NCBI RefSeq assembly: GCF_006345805.1
Contig: NC_043003.1
Coordinates: forward strand, 10,416,001 to 10,480,000
Origin: Octopus sinensis
Lineage: Eukaryota
DNA: 64,000 nucleotides
Reading direction: 5' to 3'
Under the pieces are notes generated by a model. It worked only from the letters and a program-made list of their open reading frames with translations, did not search any database and was not told where the DNA came from. Both the position numbers and the translations under genes were made by a program. Positions 1 through 10,267 of the stretch are shown here, piece by piece. The number at the start of each line of letters is the position of its first letter. The first letter of the stretch is position 1.

Positions 1-1325
1 AAACTCCTGTAGACCTGGTTCTCTCGGGATGCCACTCAACCTTCGCTGTAAAGGCTCGAGAGCCATCACGTACAAAAGTGGTGAGAGCGGACATCCTTGA
101 CGAACCGAGCATCTGATGCAGAATGGCTTCGAAAGCAAACCGTTCACCCGAACTATCGAGTCAATGTTGTGGTACAAAGCGATAAACACCTGAGGAAGCC
201 AAGGCCCAGGCCAAACCGCGCAAGCACAGTCGTCAGGTATCGATGGTCAATCCTATCAAAGGCTTCAGACTGTTCCAAATGTACCAATGCCCCAGTTTTG
301 CCAGATTTATTACCAACCCTCTCTATGGTATAGTGAATAAGATGGAGGGTATCTTGAATGGTTCTGCCTGAGATGGCACATGTCTGTGCCTCCCTGACTA
401 TACTATTCGCGACACGCCCCAACCTTTTTGCTAAGACCTTGGCCAAAATCTTCACTTCTGCGTGATGGGCCTGAAATTCTCTATAACGTCCCCCTTGTCC
501 GGGTCCTTTCTGACCAACGTCACTACTCCCCGGCGCACAGATATGGGGATAAACCCATTCTGTTGCCAGTTCGCGTACACGTCAGCCAGTAGTTGTCCGA
601 ACAAATCTGGCATTTATTTATACAGCTCGTACGGAAGACCAAGTCCCGGCGACTTACCCACTTTACAGTCGGCCAAAGCCTCCATCACTTTCCAGGCGTG
701 ATTGGATCTTCGCAAGACTCCGCATTCGACCCCGAGAGGCACGGCAGCCCAGCAAGAAAGTCTTCGAGGGCTCTCCCACCAACAGGACAGCCGTCACCAC
801 CGAACAGCTGGGCGAAGTACTCTCGAAAGGCCTCACATATTTTCTAGGGTTCGTTTACCAAGACACCATTTTGATTCGTCAAAGACCGAATAGAGGAACT
901 ATTTCCTTGCCGAGCTTCCACCACTCGGGCCCATCCAGCGGCCTTGATTCCTTCACTTCCCATTGCACGTAACTTAGCTCTGGCAATACTCCCCATGTTT
1001 TGGGCTTCGAGATGCTGGTTTAACTCCAGTCCTTTCACCCTCGCTTGGTCCGTATTACCAGTCCTCCAGGCTTCTTCTAGTTTCCTAACTAGACCATCTC
1101 ATATTCTACGTCCCGTCTTAGCTAAACTTATGCTAAACCTAATAGGCTCATATTTGATGGCTCTTTTTAGGGCGTACCACCATTTGTTATTAATGATGGT
1201 ACCTGTTAATGCCCGCTGTATTAACATCTTGATCTGCTTTCTGTACTCCTCAATCGCCAAAAGGGACGTGTTGTTTCCAGTAGCCAGATCCCTGACTATG
1301 CAACTTATCTACCAGTATACGAAGT
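1..1325 (-). pseudogene. U1: Tx1/L1-clade LINE ORF2 fragment (end of endonuclease, linker, RT N-terminal half), disrupted, runs off the left edge
   Basis: Minus-strand translations give KILAKVLAKRL, EQSEAFDRIDHRYL, RSVRQGCPLS, KWWYALKRAIK and a frameshifted GSGYWK; colinear with ORF2 at 51828-53621 and 61798-63555. Confidence 0.9.
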
Positions 1326-1391
1326 TTTAAAGTGTTTAGTTAACTAGAAATTGTGTTGAAAACTGCCGTTCAAAAGGAAAAGATCCTCTAA

Positions 1392-2875
1392 TTCTTTATT
1401 ATCCATTAAGGACTATACATAGATGGGGACGGTACAATCAGGGAACATAAAATAACAAAAGAGGATGAATAAAGACGAAGAAATTTAAAAAAGAATGAAT
1501 TATGATAAGATATTAAAATGAGTCGCAATGCCCACTCGATCCCCGAAATGGAGTGGTTACATTTTGTCAGTTTTTCCCTTAATTGATTTTCTCAAAGATT
1601 ATCAATTTCACAATTACAACTGAAGTTCGCAAAAATTACAAAAAAATAAATTTCACAAACCTAGTTTTTCGGTACTTTTTCATAAATTTCGTAGATAGTC
1701 TATTTTTCTTTTCAACTCCTCGTCCATTACGAGAGGTGGGTGATCCATCAACCGACACCTCTTGTCTTCTATTATATTCTTTTTGGCGACCTCGATGAAA
1801 TTGGCGTAACTATCCTCGTGGACTAAAGCACCAATATCATCTTCGTCATACTTGGTTCCCAACCTAATCCATGTTACTCCCTTCATTCTCCATACTTTTA
1901 TCTTTATTTCATAGGAGCTCCTGAAAATTACAAATGCTCCATAAAATTTAAACATAAAATTTGAACCTGTGTTTTCCACTGAGTGTTCCCTTTTCTTCGA
2001 TGTTTTCCTACTTTTGGGACTAGTTGCTCCTTTATTTTCCTCTTTTGGCTTTTCCCTTTGTTTTCTTTTTCTTTCAGTGTACTGCTTTTTCCTAACTTTT
2101 TTTCCTTCTTTCTCTTGTCTCTGTTCTTTCTTTTGCTCTTTTTCTGTTGTTTCTTTGCTTTGTGTAAATTCATATAATGGACACTCCGTCCTTATATGTC
2201 CTCTTGTTCCACACAGGTAACAATTGGGTCTCATTCCTTCAACAATGTTTATTGTCGGTTCGTTTTCCACTTCAATCTGGTAGGGGATTCTCTCTATGCC
2301 TTCTGTTGTGGCCATAAGCCACATCTCGACACCGAATCCCCTCCAGTTCACTGTATTAGTTTCGGTAACTGAACCCAGTTCGGATTCGTCTTTTGTAGAC
2401 TCTAGAATCGCTGTCACCAGCCATTCTGTTTTTATTTCCGGCGGTATGCTCGGAATCTTAATCTTTATACCTCTTCTTCCCTTATAAGCGGGTAACATTG
2501 TAAACCTTTCTGTTCTTAAGATAGCGGTGGATAGCGAGGCCGCCTCTTCACTTGTGGCAAACCTCACCTCCACCATACCGAACTTTTCCCTCTGCTGACG
2601 TATTTTGCTCTTTCCATTACGTCTCGGAGACACTTTTCTATTTCTTCTCCTGGTATCCATACTATTTTCTTTGAGTTCATATCTTGTCTTGTATACAATT
2701 GTTTTACTGCACTTCTCTTCTGTTGTTTCTGCTGGAGGGATCAGCTTGATGCTTTCACCCTCCCTTTTTACATACTGTTCACATCTCTGTATTTCATCTA
2801 TCTCAATTGTTACATTTCTTTTTACTAGTGGCGCGCCACTTTTTGCGGCAACCCTCGCATAGGGCTCCATGCCGT
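1392..2875 (-). mobile_element. U2: ORF1-only non-LTR element; ORF1 is followed directly by a 3' UTR ending in AATAAA
   Basis: ORF ends at 1680; the tail 1392-1680 is homologous to the tail at 55095-55380; no ORF2 in between. Confidence 0.8.
1680..2870 (-). CDS. Tx1-type ORF1/gag-like protein (RRM-like region, CCHC knuckle, Lys/Glu linker, C-terminal module)
   Basis: 404-aa ORF with CYLCGTRGHIRTEC (CX2CX4HX4C) and the GMVEVRF..LPAYKGRR..IPSIPPEI pattern shared with all ORF1s here; the predicted first codons lie in the neighbouring tail. Confidence 0.8.
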   Translation of the reverse strand: MEPYARVAAKSGAPLVKRNVTIEIDEIQRCEQYVKREGESIKLIPPAETTEEKCSKTIVYKTRYELKENSMDTRRRNRKVSPRRNGKSKIRQQREKFGMVEVRFATSEEAASLSTAILRTERFTMLPAYKGRRGIKIKIPSIPPEIKTEWLVTAILESTKDESELGSVTETNTVNWRGFGVEMWLMATTEGIERIPYQIEVENEPTINIVEGMRPNCYLCGTRGHIRTECPLYEFTQSKETTEKEQKKEQRQEKEGKKVRKKQYTERKRKQREKPKEENKGATSPKSRKTSKKREHSVENTGSNFMFKFYGAFVIFRSSYEIKIKVWRMKGVTWIRLGTKYDEDDIGALVHEDSYANFIEVAKKNIIEDKRCRLMDHPPLVMDEELKRKIDYLRNL

Positions 2876-5005
2876 ATTTCTTTATTGCCCACAAGGGGCC
2901 AACATAGAGGGGGACAGCACAACATGATTTGGGGTCATTTTAAAAACAATGATGAACAACATTAAAATGCTAATGAAAATACGATAAAAATTTACAAAAA
3001 ATCGAATGTTACACTTTTTACACAACAAACACCAAAAGAGACATGAAGTGGGGAAAAAACAGGATTGCCGACCCCGCGAGCCCTGTTTTTCCCACTGAAA
3101 CTTGGCAGCTGACTTACGGCGTGTTCATGTAACTTTCACCCTCAGCAATCGTGCGACACGCTTCCATCTTTTTTGGAACTAGCATACTGACAGACACCTT
3201 TTCTCTAGCTCCGCCTTTCTTTTTAGGTGGAACCTAAAAAAGTTCACCAAGGCGGGGCCAGAGATCATGATGTCTGTCTTTATACCTTTCGTTCTGGTTT
3301 TCCATATACTCTCTTTCGCTACTGCCACTATGATGAGAAAGAATGCTTACCTTCGTTTGTCAAAAAACTAGGCGAGTCAATTTTTAGAATTGTCTCAGCC
3401 GATAGCTGTACTCTTCTTCCGTCTGACAGCAGGTGTTCTGCATAAACCCACACGTCTGAAATTTCCGGACACTGAACAATAGCGTGCAGGACTGTTTCCA
3501 CATCCTGCCCGCATCTTGGACAGTCCGATGGTCCAACGTGACCATGTCTTGTAAGCTTATCCCGAACGGGTAAGGCTCCTCTGTAACATTGCCAGGCCAA
3601 AGACTTCTGAAAGTTATCCAGCGTCCTCGGCCCGAATGTCCTTTGGAACAGGCTGTCTAACTGATTGTCGAGACCCAAGGTCCTTCCTAGGGCATCGTCA
3701 TTTCCGGCCTCTACCAACCTACTATAAAAAGCTGCAGTGGTACCAAAGCCGCTAAAAACACATTGGCCACCTCCGCCCTCTCTTTCAAGGATAGCCACCG
3801 CCAAGACCAAGTCCTGACCGCGTGAGCCACCTTGCTCGTCACCTCAGACCAGTTCTTTTCTATCTGGAGATCTGGACCAAACCAGATCCCTAGCAGTTTA
3901 ACCGGGCCCTCCGTCCAGCATCCCACGATGCTATTCGAAGGCATCGACTTGCCCCTCCAGGTGCCGAGTTGCAAGCCGACTGACTTTTCCCGATTAATCT
4001 TTGCTCCTGTCCCCGTCTCGTAAGCCTTGATGGTATCTCCCACATTCTGTAGGAGTTCCACCTTGGTCACGATGATGATGTCGTCCGCATACGATGTCAC
4101 AGATCCTCCACCTCCTGGATTCGTCGGGATGGCGCTCAGCTTTCGCAGTAATGGCTCGAGAGCCATCACATATAAAAGCGGGGAGAGCGGACACCCTTGA
4201 CGAACCGACCGTTTGATGCGGAACTGCTTCGAGAGGAAGCCATTCACCCGAATGATCGAGTCGATGTAGTCGTACAACTGTATGATCCACCTGAGAAAAC
4301 CAATGCCCAGACCGAACTGTGCCAGCACAGAAAACCAGGTACCGATGGTTCACCCTATCGAAAGCTTTACTCTGGTATAAATGGACCAGTGCCGAACCCT
4401 TCTACGGTGTAACATATAAGGTGAAGATTATCCTGAATAGTTCTTCCGGGGACTGCGCAAGTTTGTGCCTCCCCGATCAGACTATCTGCGACACGCGTCA
4501 ACCTTTTCGCTAACACCTTGGCCAAAATCTTCACCTCTGCGTTCAGTAGGGTGATGGGCCTAAAGTTATCTATTCTGTCCCCCTTGTCCGGGTCCTTCCT
4601 GATCAGCGTCACCACTCCCCGGCGTACAGATCTTGATTCCAGTTCGCGAAAACGCTGGCCAGTACAGGCCCGAACAAGTCTGGCATACTTTTATATAGTT
4701 CGTAGGGTAAACCATCAATTCCCGGAGCCTTACCTCTGCCACAGTCGGTTATGGCGTCAGGCGTGATTGACCCTTCACAGCTCTCCGCATCCTGTCCCGA
4801 GAGGCGCGGCAGCCCGGCGAGGAGGTCCGTAAGGCCCACCCTCTCCTCCGGTCCACCATCAACCCCGAAAAGCTGGGCGAAGTGCTCCTGAAAAGTCCAA
4901 CACATCTCCTCGGGTTCGTTTACCAAATCGCCCTTTTCGTTCGTCACAGACTTAATTGTGGAATCTTTTCCACGTTGAGCTTCTACAACTCGTGCCCATC
5001 CGGCA
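2876..5005 (-). mobile_element. U3: 5'-truncated Tx1 LINE (RT, C-terminal zinc finger, 3' tail) with an internal deletion near 3755
   Basis: NFRPITLLNAEVKIL, SVRQGCPLSPLLY, SYADDII, WQCYRGALPVRDKL..CPRC..HAIVQC; EVANVF is joined to GFGTTAAFY, about 390 bp shorter than 50880-51290. Confidence 0.9.
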
Positions 5006-5008
5006 GTG

Positions 5009-5175
5009 AAATTTCGCCCGCCTTTACGTTCTGAGTTCAAATTCCACCGAGGTCGACCGAACCTTTCATTCTTTCTGGATCGATAGAATAAGTACCAACT
5101 AAATACTTGGGTTGATGTAATCGACTTACCTCTCCTTCGAACTTACTGGCCTTCTGCCAAAATTTGAAGCCAATA
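5009..5175 (+). mobile_element. tRNA-derived SINE, 5'-truncated (cephalopod-type family A)
   Basis: ttacgttctgagttcaaattccaccgaggtcgac...gatgtaatcgac...ccaaaatttgaa; homologous to copies at 5192, 13895, 17076 and 17296. Confidence 0.75.
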
Positions 5176-5191
5176 TTCAGGGGATGATTAA

Positions 5192-5401
5192 GGCGGTGGG
5201 CAGACAGAATCGTTAGAACTCAGGCAAAAATGCTTAGCGGTATTTTGTCCATCTTTTCGTTCTGAGTTCAAATACCCCCGAGGTCAACCGAACACTTCAT
5301 CTTTTCGGAGTCGATTAAACGTGTATCAGTTGAACACTGGGGTCGATGTAATCGACAAGAATCCGCCCCGAAATTTCTGGCCTCGTGCCAAAATATGAAA
5401 T
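5192..5401 (+). mobile_element. tRNA-derived SINE (family A)
   Basis: aaggcgg..cagaatcgttag..atgcttagcggtattt head, B-box-like gagttcaaatac, same body as the other copies. Confidence 0.75.
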
Positions 5402-6016
5402 CAGGGCATTCCTTCGATTTGACTCGACGAGATCAAAACAAAACCTCGGTTGTTTCCGTGACAACTCGACAATTCACTTCGGATATCTTCGTGACTTCCG
5501 TGATAGCTGCTAAAATGGGTGGAGAAGAAAGCTAATTGGTTGTCTGCGCGTGCTTGTTCTTGTATGTGCGTAAGAACACGCACACATATACCCACACAGT
5601 TTTTGTCTCGTCGAGTTAAATCGAAGGAATGCCGAAACCAGTATCAAGATGAACATTTAAAACTATTTGAAGGGTTGAACTATATATTTCTTTCATCTCC
5701 TGCTTCCGTGTTTATGAATATTGCATTATTGCGCAAGTAATGTATTCTATCTTTGAAGCCCATAAACTAGTATTTCATAAACAGAAAATTGCAATACACA
5801 CCTATGTTGCTTCATAGAAACTAAACTTACGTGCAAAGCTAGTAATCGCACATACAATAATTGACACCTTTTTAAATAATACTTCCAACACCTGAGAAAA
5901 CAACCTCCTGGTCATACAATACTACTTAAACCTTTCAAATATTATCATCAACAAATATAAGAAGCCTAACTCTAACACGTGTATATGTTTATTACTTTGG
6001 AAGCACACAGAGGACA

Positions 6017-6063
6017 CGTTAATATTACGTTAATATTACGTTAATATTACGTTAATATTACGT
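6017..6063. repeat. 11-bp tandem repeat (CGTTAATATTA)x4
   Basis: Four exact copies read directly. Confidence 0.9.
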
Positions 6064-6511
6064 GAGCCTTATATTACTTGAAAGATCATAAAGCATCTTT
6101 CATGCCAATACTAAATACATATTAATAAATCCAGTCAAAATTGGAAAATTTATATATATATATATATATGTATGTATTCATACATATTTTACATATGCAT
6201 GAATATAGCAAAAATTAATATATTCAAATATATTTTACACTCCGTTATTTCAATATGATTTCTTCAGTTAATACTGTTATTCCATTCTGTTGGGGGGATA
6301 AATGTCGAGCTTTTGAAGTAGTTCAGGGCAAGACTTCCGCCCGTCCCCCCGCCCCATAAAAGAATCCCACCCATTTTAAAAACTTTTTTTCGACACAATC
6401 CTTCCCCCCCCCCCACCTTTTCGGCTACGGGGAATACGAATCTGCAAAAAAATTGGCAAAAATCGACATTTCAAAATAACTACCCCCAACCCCATTTCCT
6501 TCATTTTAAAC

Positions 6512-6783
6512 TGTGGTGTGGTGTTGAAGGAGTGTGACGGAGCGGGAGGGAGCGGAAGTGGGGCTTGCAGGTCTTGCAGGGCGCATGCGCCGGCGGAAGC
6601 GGAAGTGACAGACAGAACGCACGTGCGGCATTGACCAGGCGAGAGAGACTTGAGAACGACGCGAAGACAAGACGCTAGCAAGTTGGCTGAAGGCGAATCC
6701 GACTTCATCTCCGCAGGTAAGACCAAATTACACTTCTAATTCTTTCCTTGTTCTGTTACGCTCCTTTCACCACACATATTACA
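6512..6783 (+). repeat. 5' LTR (272 bp)
   Basis: Identical to 9967-10241 except one 3-bp GAC indel. Confidence 0.97.
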
Positions 6784-6830
6784 AGCTATTTCGGCAAAAT
6801 AATCACTCGGTTTCGTAAAAATAAAAAATT

Positions 6831-7586
6831 ATGCAGACTGCTATGATTTCACGCGACCCTATAACACCGTTTTGCGGCGACACCGACGTGGTCGCTTGGT
6901 TGAGGAGGGTAAAATTGGTGGCGAAGCTACACGGCATAGCTGACCTGGCTAGTTTTATGCCGTTGTATTTGGATGGCCCGGCGTTGGCGTTATATCTGGA
7001 GATGGAGGAGACGGACCAACTCAGCGAGGACAAGGTGGAGATCCGACTTATGGAGGCCTTCGCGGAAGGAATGTTTGAAGCGTACACTCGACTGGGTAGA
7101 ATGAGGTGGACAGGACAACAGGTGGACGTGTTCGCCGGCGAGCTTAGAAGGTTGGCTAAACTTGCGGGATATGAGGGAGAGTCGCTAGAACGCACGGTCA
7201 GGTTAGCGTTCGTGACCGGCTTTCCCGACATTATGTCGGTCGAGCTACAGAAGCTCCCGAACGTGCGTTCGATGCCGATGGCCGAGATCATATCGCGGGC
7301 ACGTGTACTGGTGTCGTGCAGCAGGTTGACGTCGGTAGCAGCGACTGTAACGTCGAAAAGTGGCCCAGCTAGGAGCAACGGAGAGGGGCTGGGGAAAGAA
7401 CGCGTGCGATCGTTCAAGGGACAGTGTTCCCGGTGCCAGGGCCCACACATGGTCTGTGACTGCGCGTCGCCCAAGCCTGAGGTGATTTGCTACCGGTGTC
7501 GAGAGCCGGGGCATGTGGCCAGCGAGTGTCTGCGGGGAAACGGACCGCGGGAGACTACTGTGCCGGTAGTTGTCCCTTTGGATTAG
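6831..7586 (+). CDS. gag: Gypsy gag
   Basis: 251 aa; WLRRVKLVA..YLDGPALALY capsid-like region; knuckles CSRCQGPHMVCDC and CYRCREPGHVASEC. Confidence 0.9.
   Translation: MQTAMISRDPITPFCGDTDVVAWLRRVKLVAKLHGIADLASFMPLYLDGPALALYLEMEETDQLSEDKVEIRLMEAFAEGMFEAYTRLGRMRWTGQQVDVFAGELRRLAKLAGYEGESLERTVRLAFVTGFPDIMSVELQKLPNVRSMPMAEIISRARVLVSCSRLTSVAATVTSKSGPARSNGEGLGKERVRSFKGQCSRCQGPHMVCDCASPKPEVICYRCREPGHVASECLRGNGPRETTVPVVVPLD
7535..7541 (+). promoter_or_regulatory. -1 ribosomal frameshift slippery site G GGA AAC
   Basis: XXXYYYZ heptamer in the correct gag frame; a -1 shift enters the pol frame (GKRTAGDYC). Confidence 0.7.
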
Positions 7587-9001
7587 TAGCGGCGCGTTTC
7601 TCATCGTTACCTGTGGTCGACATTCTGGTGAAGGGGAAGATGTCGCGAGCCCTGGTGGACACGGGCTGTACGACGACCCTGATGATCACAGAAGTGGCAG
7701 AGACGTGGAGTGGAGGAAGCAGTGTTAGGGCAGTCGACGGAAGAGAAGTGCACTGCGAAGGGGTTACGGATGCGCAGATTGTGGTGCATGGACTGCAGCT
7801 GACGTTGCGAGCGATTGTGGTCGGTCACTTGGTGGACGAGATCGACGTGATGATGGGGATGGATGCGATCACCCGTCTGGGAGGTGTTACCGTCAACGAG
7901 GCTGGCGTAACGTTTGGGCTAGCAGGGAAGCCGTGTAGGGCGAGACCACGCACCGACGACAACCGTGAGGAAATGGATGCGGCGCACACCATTGAAGACC
8001 AGGATTTTCGGGCTGTCTTTGATGGCGAGAGGTGGACAGTGGAGTGGCACTGGAAGGGAGAGCCCCCGATGTTAAAGAATAAAGTGGGCTGCTATCAGCA
8101 TACTCTAAAAGGAGATGCCAGAAGTGAGTTCGAGGGGGAGGTGGAGCGGTGGATTAAGGAGGGCATACTGATCCCCTGGGAAAAAGAAGAGAGCGGAGTC
8201 CTGCCACTGATGGCGGTGATACAGCCCACAAAGCGTAAGGTCAGGCCAGTGCTCGACTTCCGAGAGCTGAATGACCACGTGTCGTGTCATACAGGCGGCG
8301 AGGCCACGGATGTCTGCGGAGACACCTTGCGAGAGTGGAGGCAGACGGCGGGGGCCTCCACGATTGTCGATTTAAAGTCGGCATACCTTCAGGTGCATGT
8401 GGCTGAGAAACTATGGAGGTACCAGCTCGTCAGGTATAGGGGCCGGACGTACTGTCTGACCAGGTTGGGATTCTGGCTGAATTCAGCTCCGAAGATTATG
8501 GCAACAATTCTCAAGGCCATCCTGGGGAAGGTGGACAGAGTAAAAAGGGCCACCAATTCATACATCGACGACATTCTGGTGGATGAAACCGTGATGCCAG
8601 CAACGGAGGTCATAGGCCACCTGAAGAGTTTGGGACTGATCGCCAAGCCGCCAGAGGTTATGGAGGGAGGTGCTGCACTGGGCCTCAAGCTATGGAGAGA
8701 CAAAGCCGGCGCCTTGGTGTTCCGGCGAGGGAATGAGATCCCTGAACTGGGCGCCAGCATGAGTAGACGGGAACTGTTCTCTGTGTGTGGGAAACTGGTG
8801 GGACACTACCCGATTGCAGGCTGGCTCCGGACAGCATGTAGCTTCATCAAGAGACGAGCCGAAGGAGTGAAGTGGAATGATAAAGTGGGGGAGAGGACGA
8901 TCGACATGATGCAGGAAGTCCTGGTCAGAGTAGGAGCAGAGGACCCGGTGAGGGGCAGCTGGTATGTTCCCCAAATCAAAGAGCGGGATCGTATGGTGTG
9001 A
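7535..9001 (+). CDS. pol: Gypsy pol: protease + RT, frame broken before RNase H
   Basis: ALVDTG (aspartic protease), RPVLDFRELN, VDLKSAYLQ, SYIDDIL. Confidence 0.9.
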   Translation, partial: GKRTAGDYCAGSCPFGLVAARFSSLPVVDILVKGKMSRALVDTGCTTTLMITEVAETWSGGSSVRAVDGREVHCEGVTDAQIVVHGLQLTLRAIVVGHLVDEIDVMMGMDAITRLGGVTVNEAGVTFGLAGKPCRARPRTDDNREEMDAAHTIEDQDFRAVFDGERWTVEWHWKGEPPMLKNKVGCYQHTLKGDARSEFEGEVERWIKEGILIPWEKEESGVLPLMAVIQPTKRKVRPVLDFRELNDHVSCHTGGEATDVCGDTLREWRQTAGASTIVDLKSAYLQVHVAEKLWRYQLVRYRGRTYCLTRLGFWLNSAPKIMATILKAILGKVDRVKRATNSYIDDILVDETVMPATEVIGHLKSLGLIAKPPEVMEGGAALGLKLWRDKAGALVFRRGNEIPELGASMSRRELFSVCGKLVGHYPIAGWLRTACSFIKRRAEGVKWNDKVGERTIDMMQEVLVRVGAEDPVRGSWYVPQIKERDRMV

Positions 9002-9800
9002 CGCCAGTAGCATCGCAATAGGGGTCGTCTTGGAAGTGGGAGGTGTCACGGTGGAAGATGCAGCCTGGTTCAGGAAGATGGATGACTGCAGTCACATCAA
9101 CGTGGCGGAGTTGGAAGCCGTGCTGAAGGGGGTGAACCTAGCCTTGAAGTGGGGGTTGCACACCATAGAAATCAGGACTGATTCAGCCACTGTACTTGAT
9201 TGGGCGATGGCAGTCATCACCGATGAGCGGAGGGTGCGGACCAAAGGGGCTGAACGAGATATTCCTGGAACGAGGCCCCGTGGATGAACTGCTTCTGGAC
9301 AACGGCACTGCATTTCGCTCGGAGGCGCTGAGAGAAATGCTTGATGAGTGGAAGGTCAACCGCTTCTTCAGGGCGGCATACCGGCCAAGTGGAAACGGGG
9401 TGGTGGAAAGGCATCATCGTACCATCAAGGCCATGGCAGAGAGGGGTCACATTTCACCAGTCGAGGCCGTGTTTTGGTACATGTCGCCCAGATCAGGACA
9501 GGCTGAGGAGTCGGTGCCACACAGGGCAATATTCAGGTACGAGTGGAGGCATCCGTGTACTACATCAATGCGACCCGGGGCAGAGGAAGAGCGCGCCTTC
9601 GTGCAGGTCGGGGAGGAAGTCTGGGTAAATCCCCCAAACGCACGGTGTACATCGCAATGAGGAAAGGGGACAATAACCTCCGTAAATTCAAAGAATAACA
9701 TCTCGGTCGATGGTATGCCACGCCACGTTTTGGACATACGGAGGATTGTCCATGCCCCGGAGGGTGGGACAAGCAACAGTGGGCAAGACGATAACAACAG
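8990..9800 (+). pseudogene. pol: Gypsy RNase H + partial integrase (frameshifted; zinc finger and first part of the core deleted; premature stop)
   Basis: WCDASSIAIG..INVAELEA..TDSA (RNase H), then directly LLLDNGTAF..SGNGVVERHHRTIK; stop at 9658-9660 in Q*GKG. Confidence 0.8.
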
Positions 9801-9953
9801 ACAGGATGACGAGGTCGGCAGCAACACGCCAGAAACGAGTCCTAGGGTCGCACTGCGACCACAGAGGGAGCGGCACCCTCCTCCCTGGTTGGCTGACTAT
9901 GAAACCAGTTTCAGGTGCGGGAGCGAGTGAGGAAGCCGGTTCAGTGATCTATA

Positions 9954-9966
9954 GATCAGGGGGGCG
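9954..9966 (+). promoter_or_regulatory. Polypurine tract
   Basis: gatcaggggggcg immediately before the 3' LTR. Confidence 0.75.
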
Positions 9967-10241
9967 TGTGGTGTGGTGTTGAAGGAGTGTGACGGAGCGG
10001 GAGGGAGCGGAAGTGGGGCTTGCAGGTCTTGCAGGGCGCATGCGCCGGCGGAAGCGGAAGTGACAGACAGAACGCACGTGCGGCATTGACCAGGCGAGAG
10101 AGACTTGAGAACGACGCGAAGACGACAAGACGCTAGCAAGTTGGCTGAAGGCGAATCCGACTTCATCTCCGCAGGTAAGACCAAATTACACTTCTAATTC
10201 TTTCCTTGTTCTGTTACGCTCCTTTCACCACACATATTACA
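9967..10241 (+). repeat. 3' LTR (275 bp)
   Basis: Matches the 5' LTR; followed by TSD TAAAC. Confidence 0.97.
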
Positions 10242-10267
10242 TAAACTTTTATCAGAATTTCGTTTTC

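Larger units (their letters stand above)
6512..10241 (+). mobile_element. Ty3/Gypsy LTR retrotransposon, 3730 bp, internally defective
   Basis: TG..CA LTRs at 6512-6783 and 9967-10241; 5-bp TSD TAAAC at 6507-6511 and 10242-10246; PPT; domain order gag-PR-RT-RH-IN. Confidence 0.97.

Noticed and set aside
6017-6063. Palindrome-containing 11-bp repeat as a regulatory array
   Set aside because: A simple local minisatellite in AT-rich DNA, seen once
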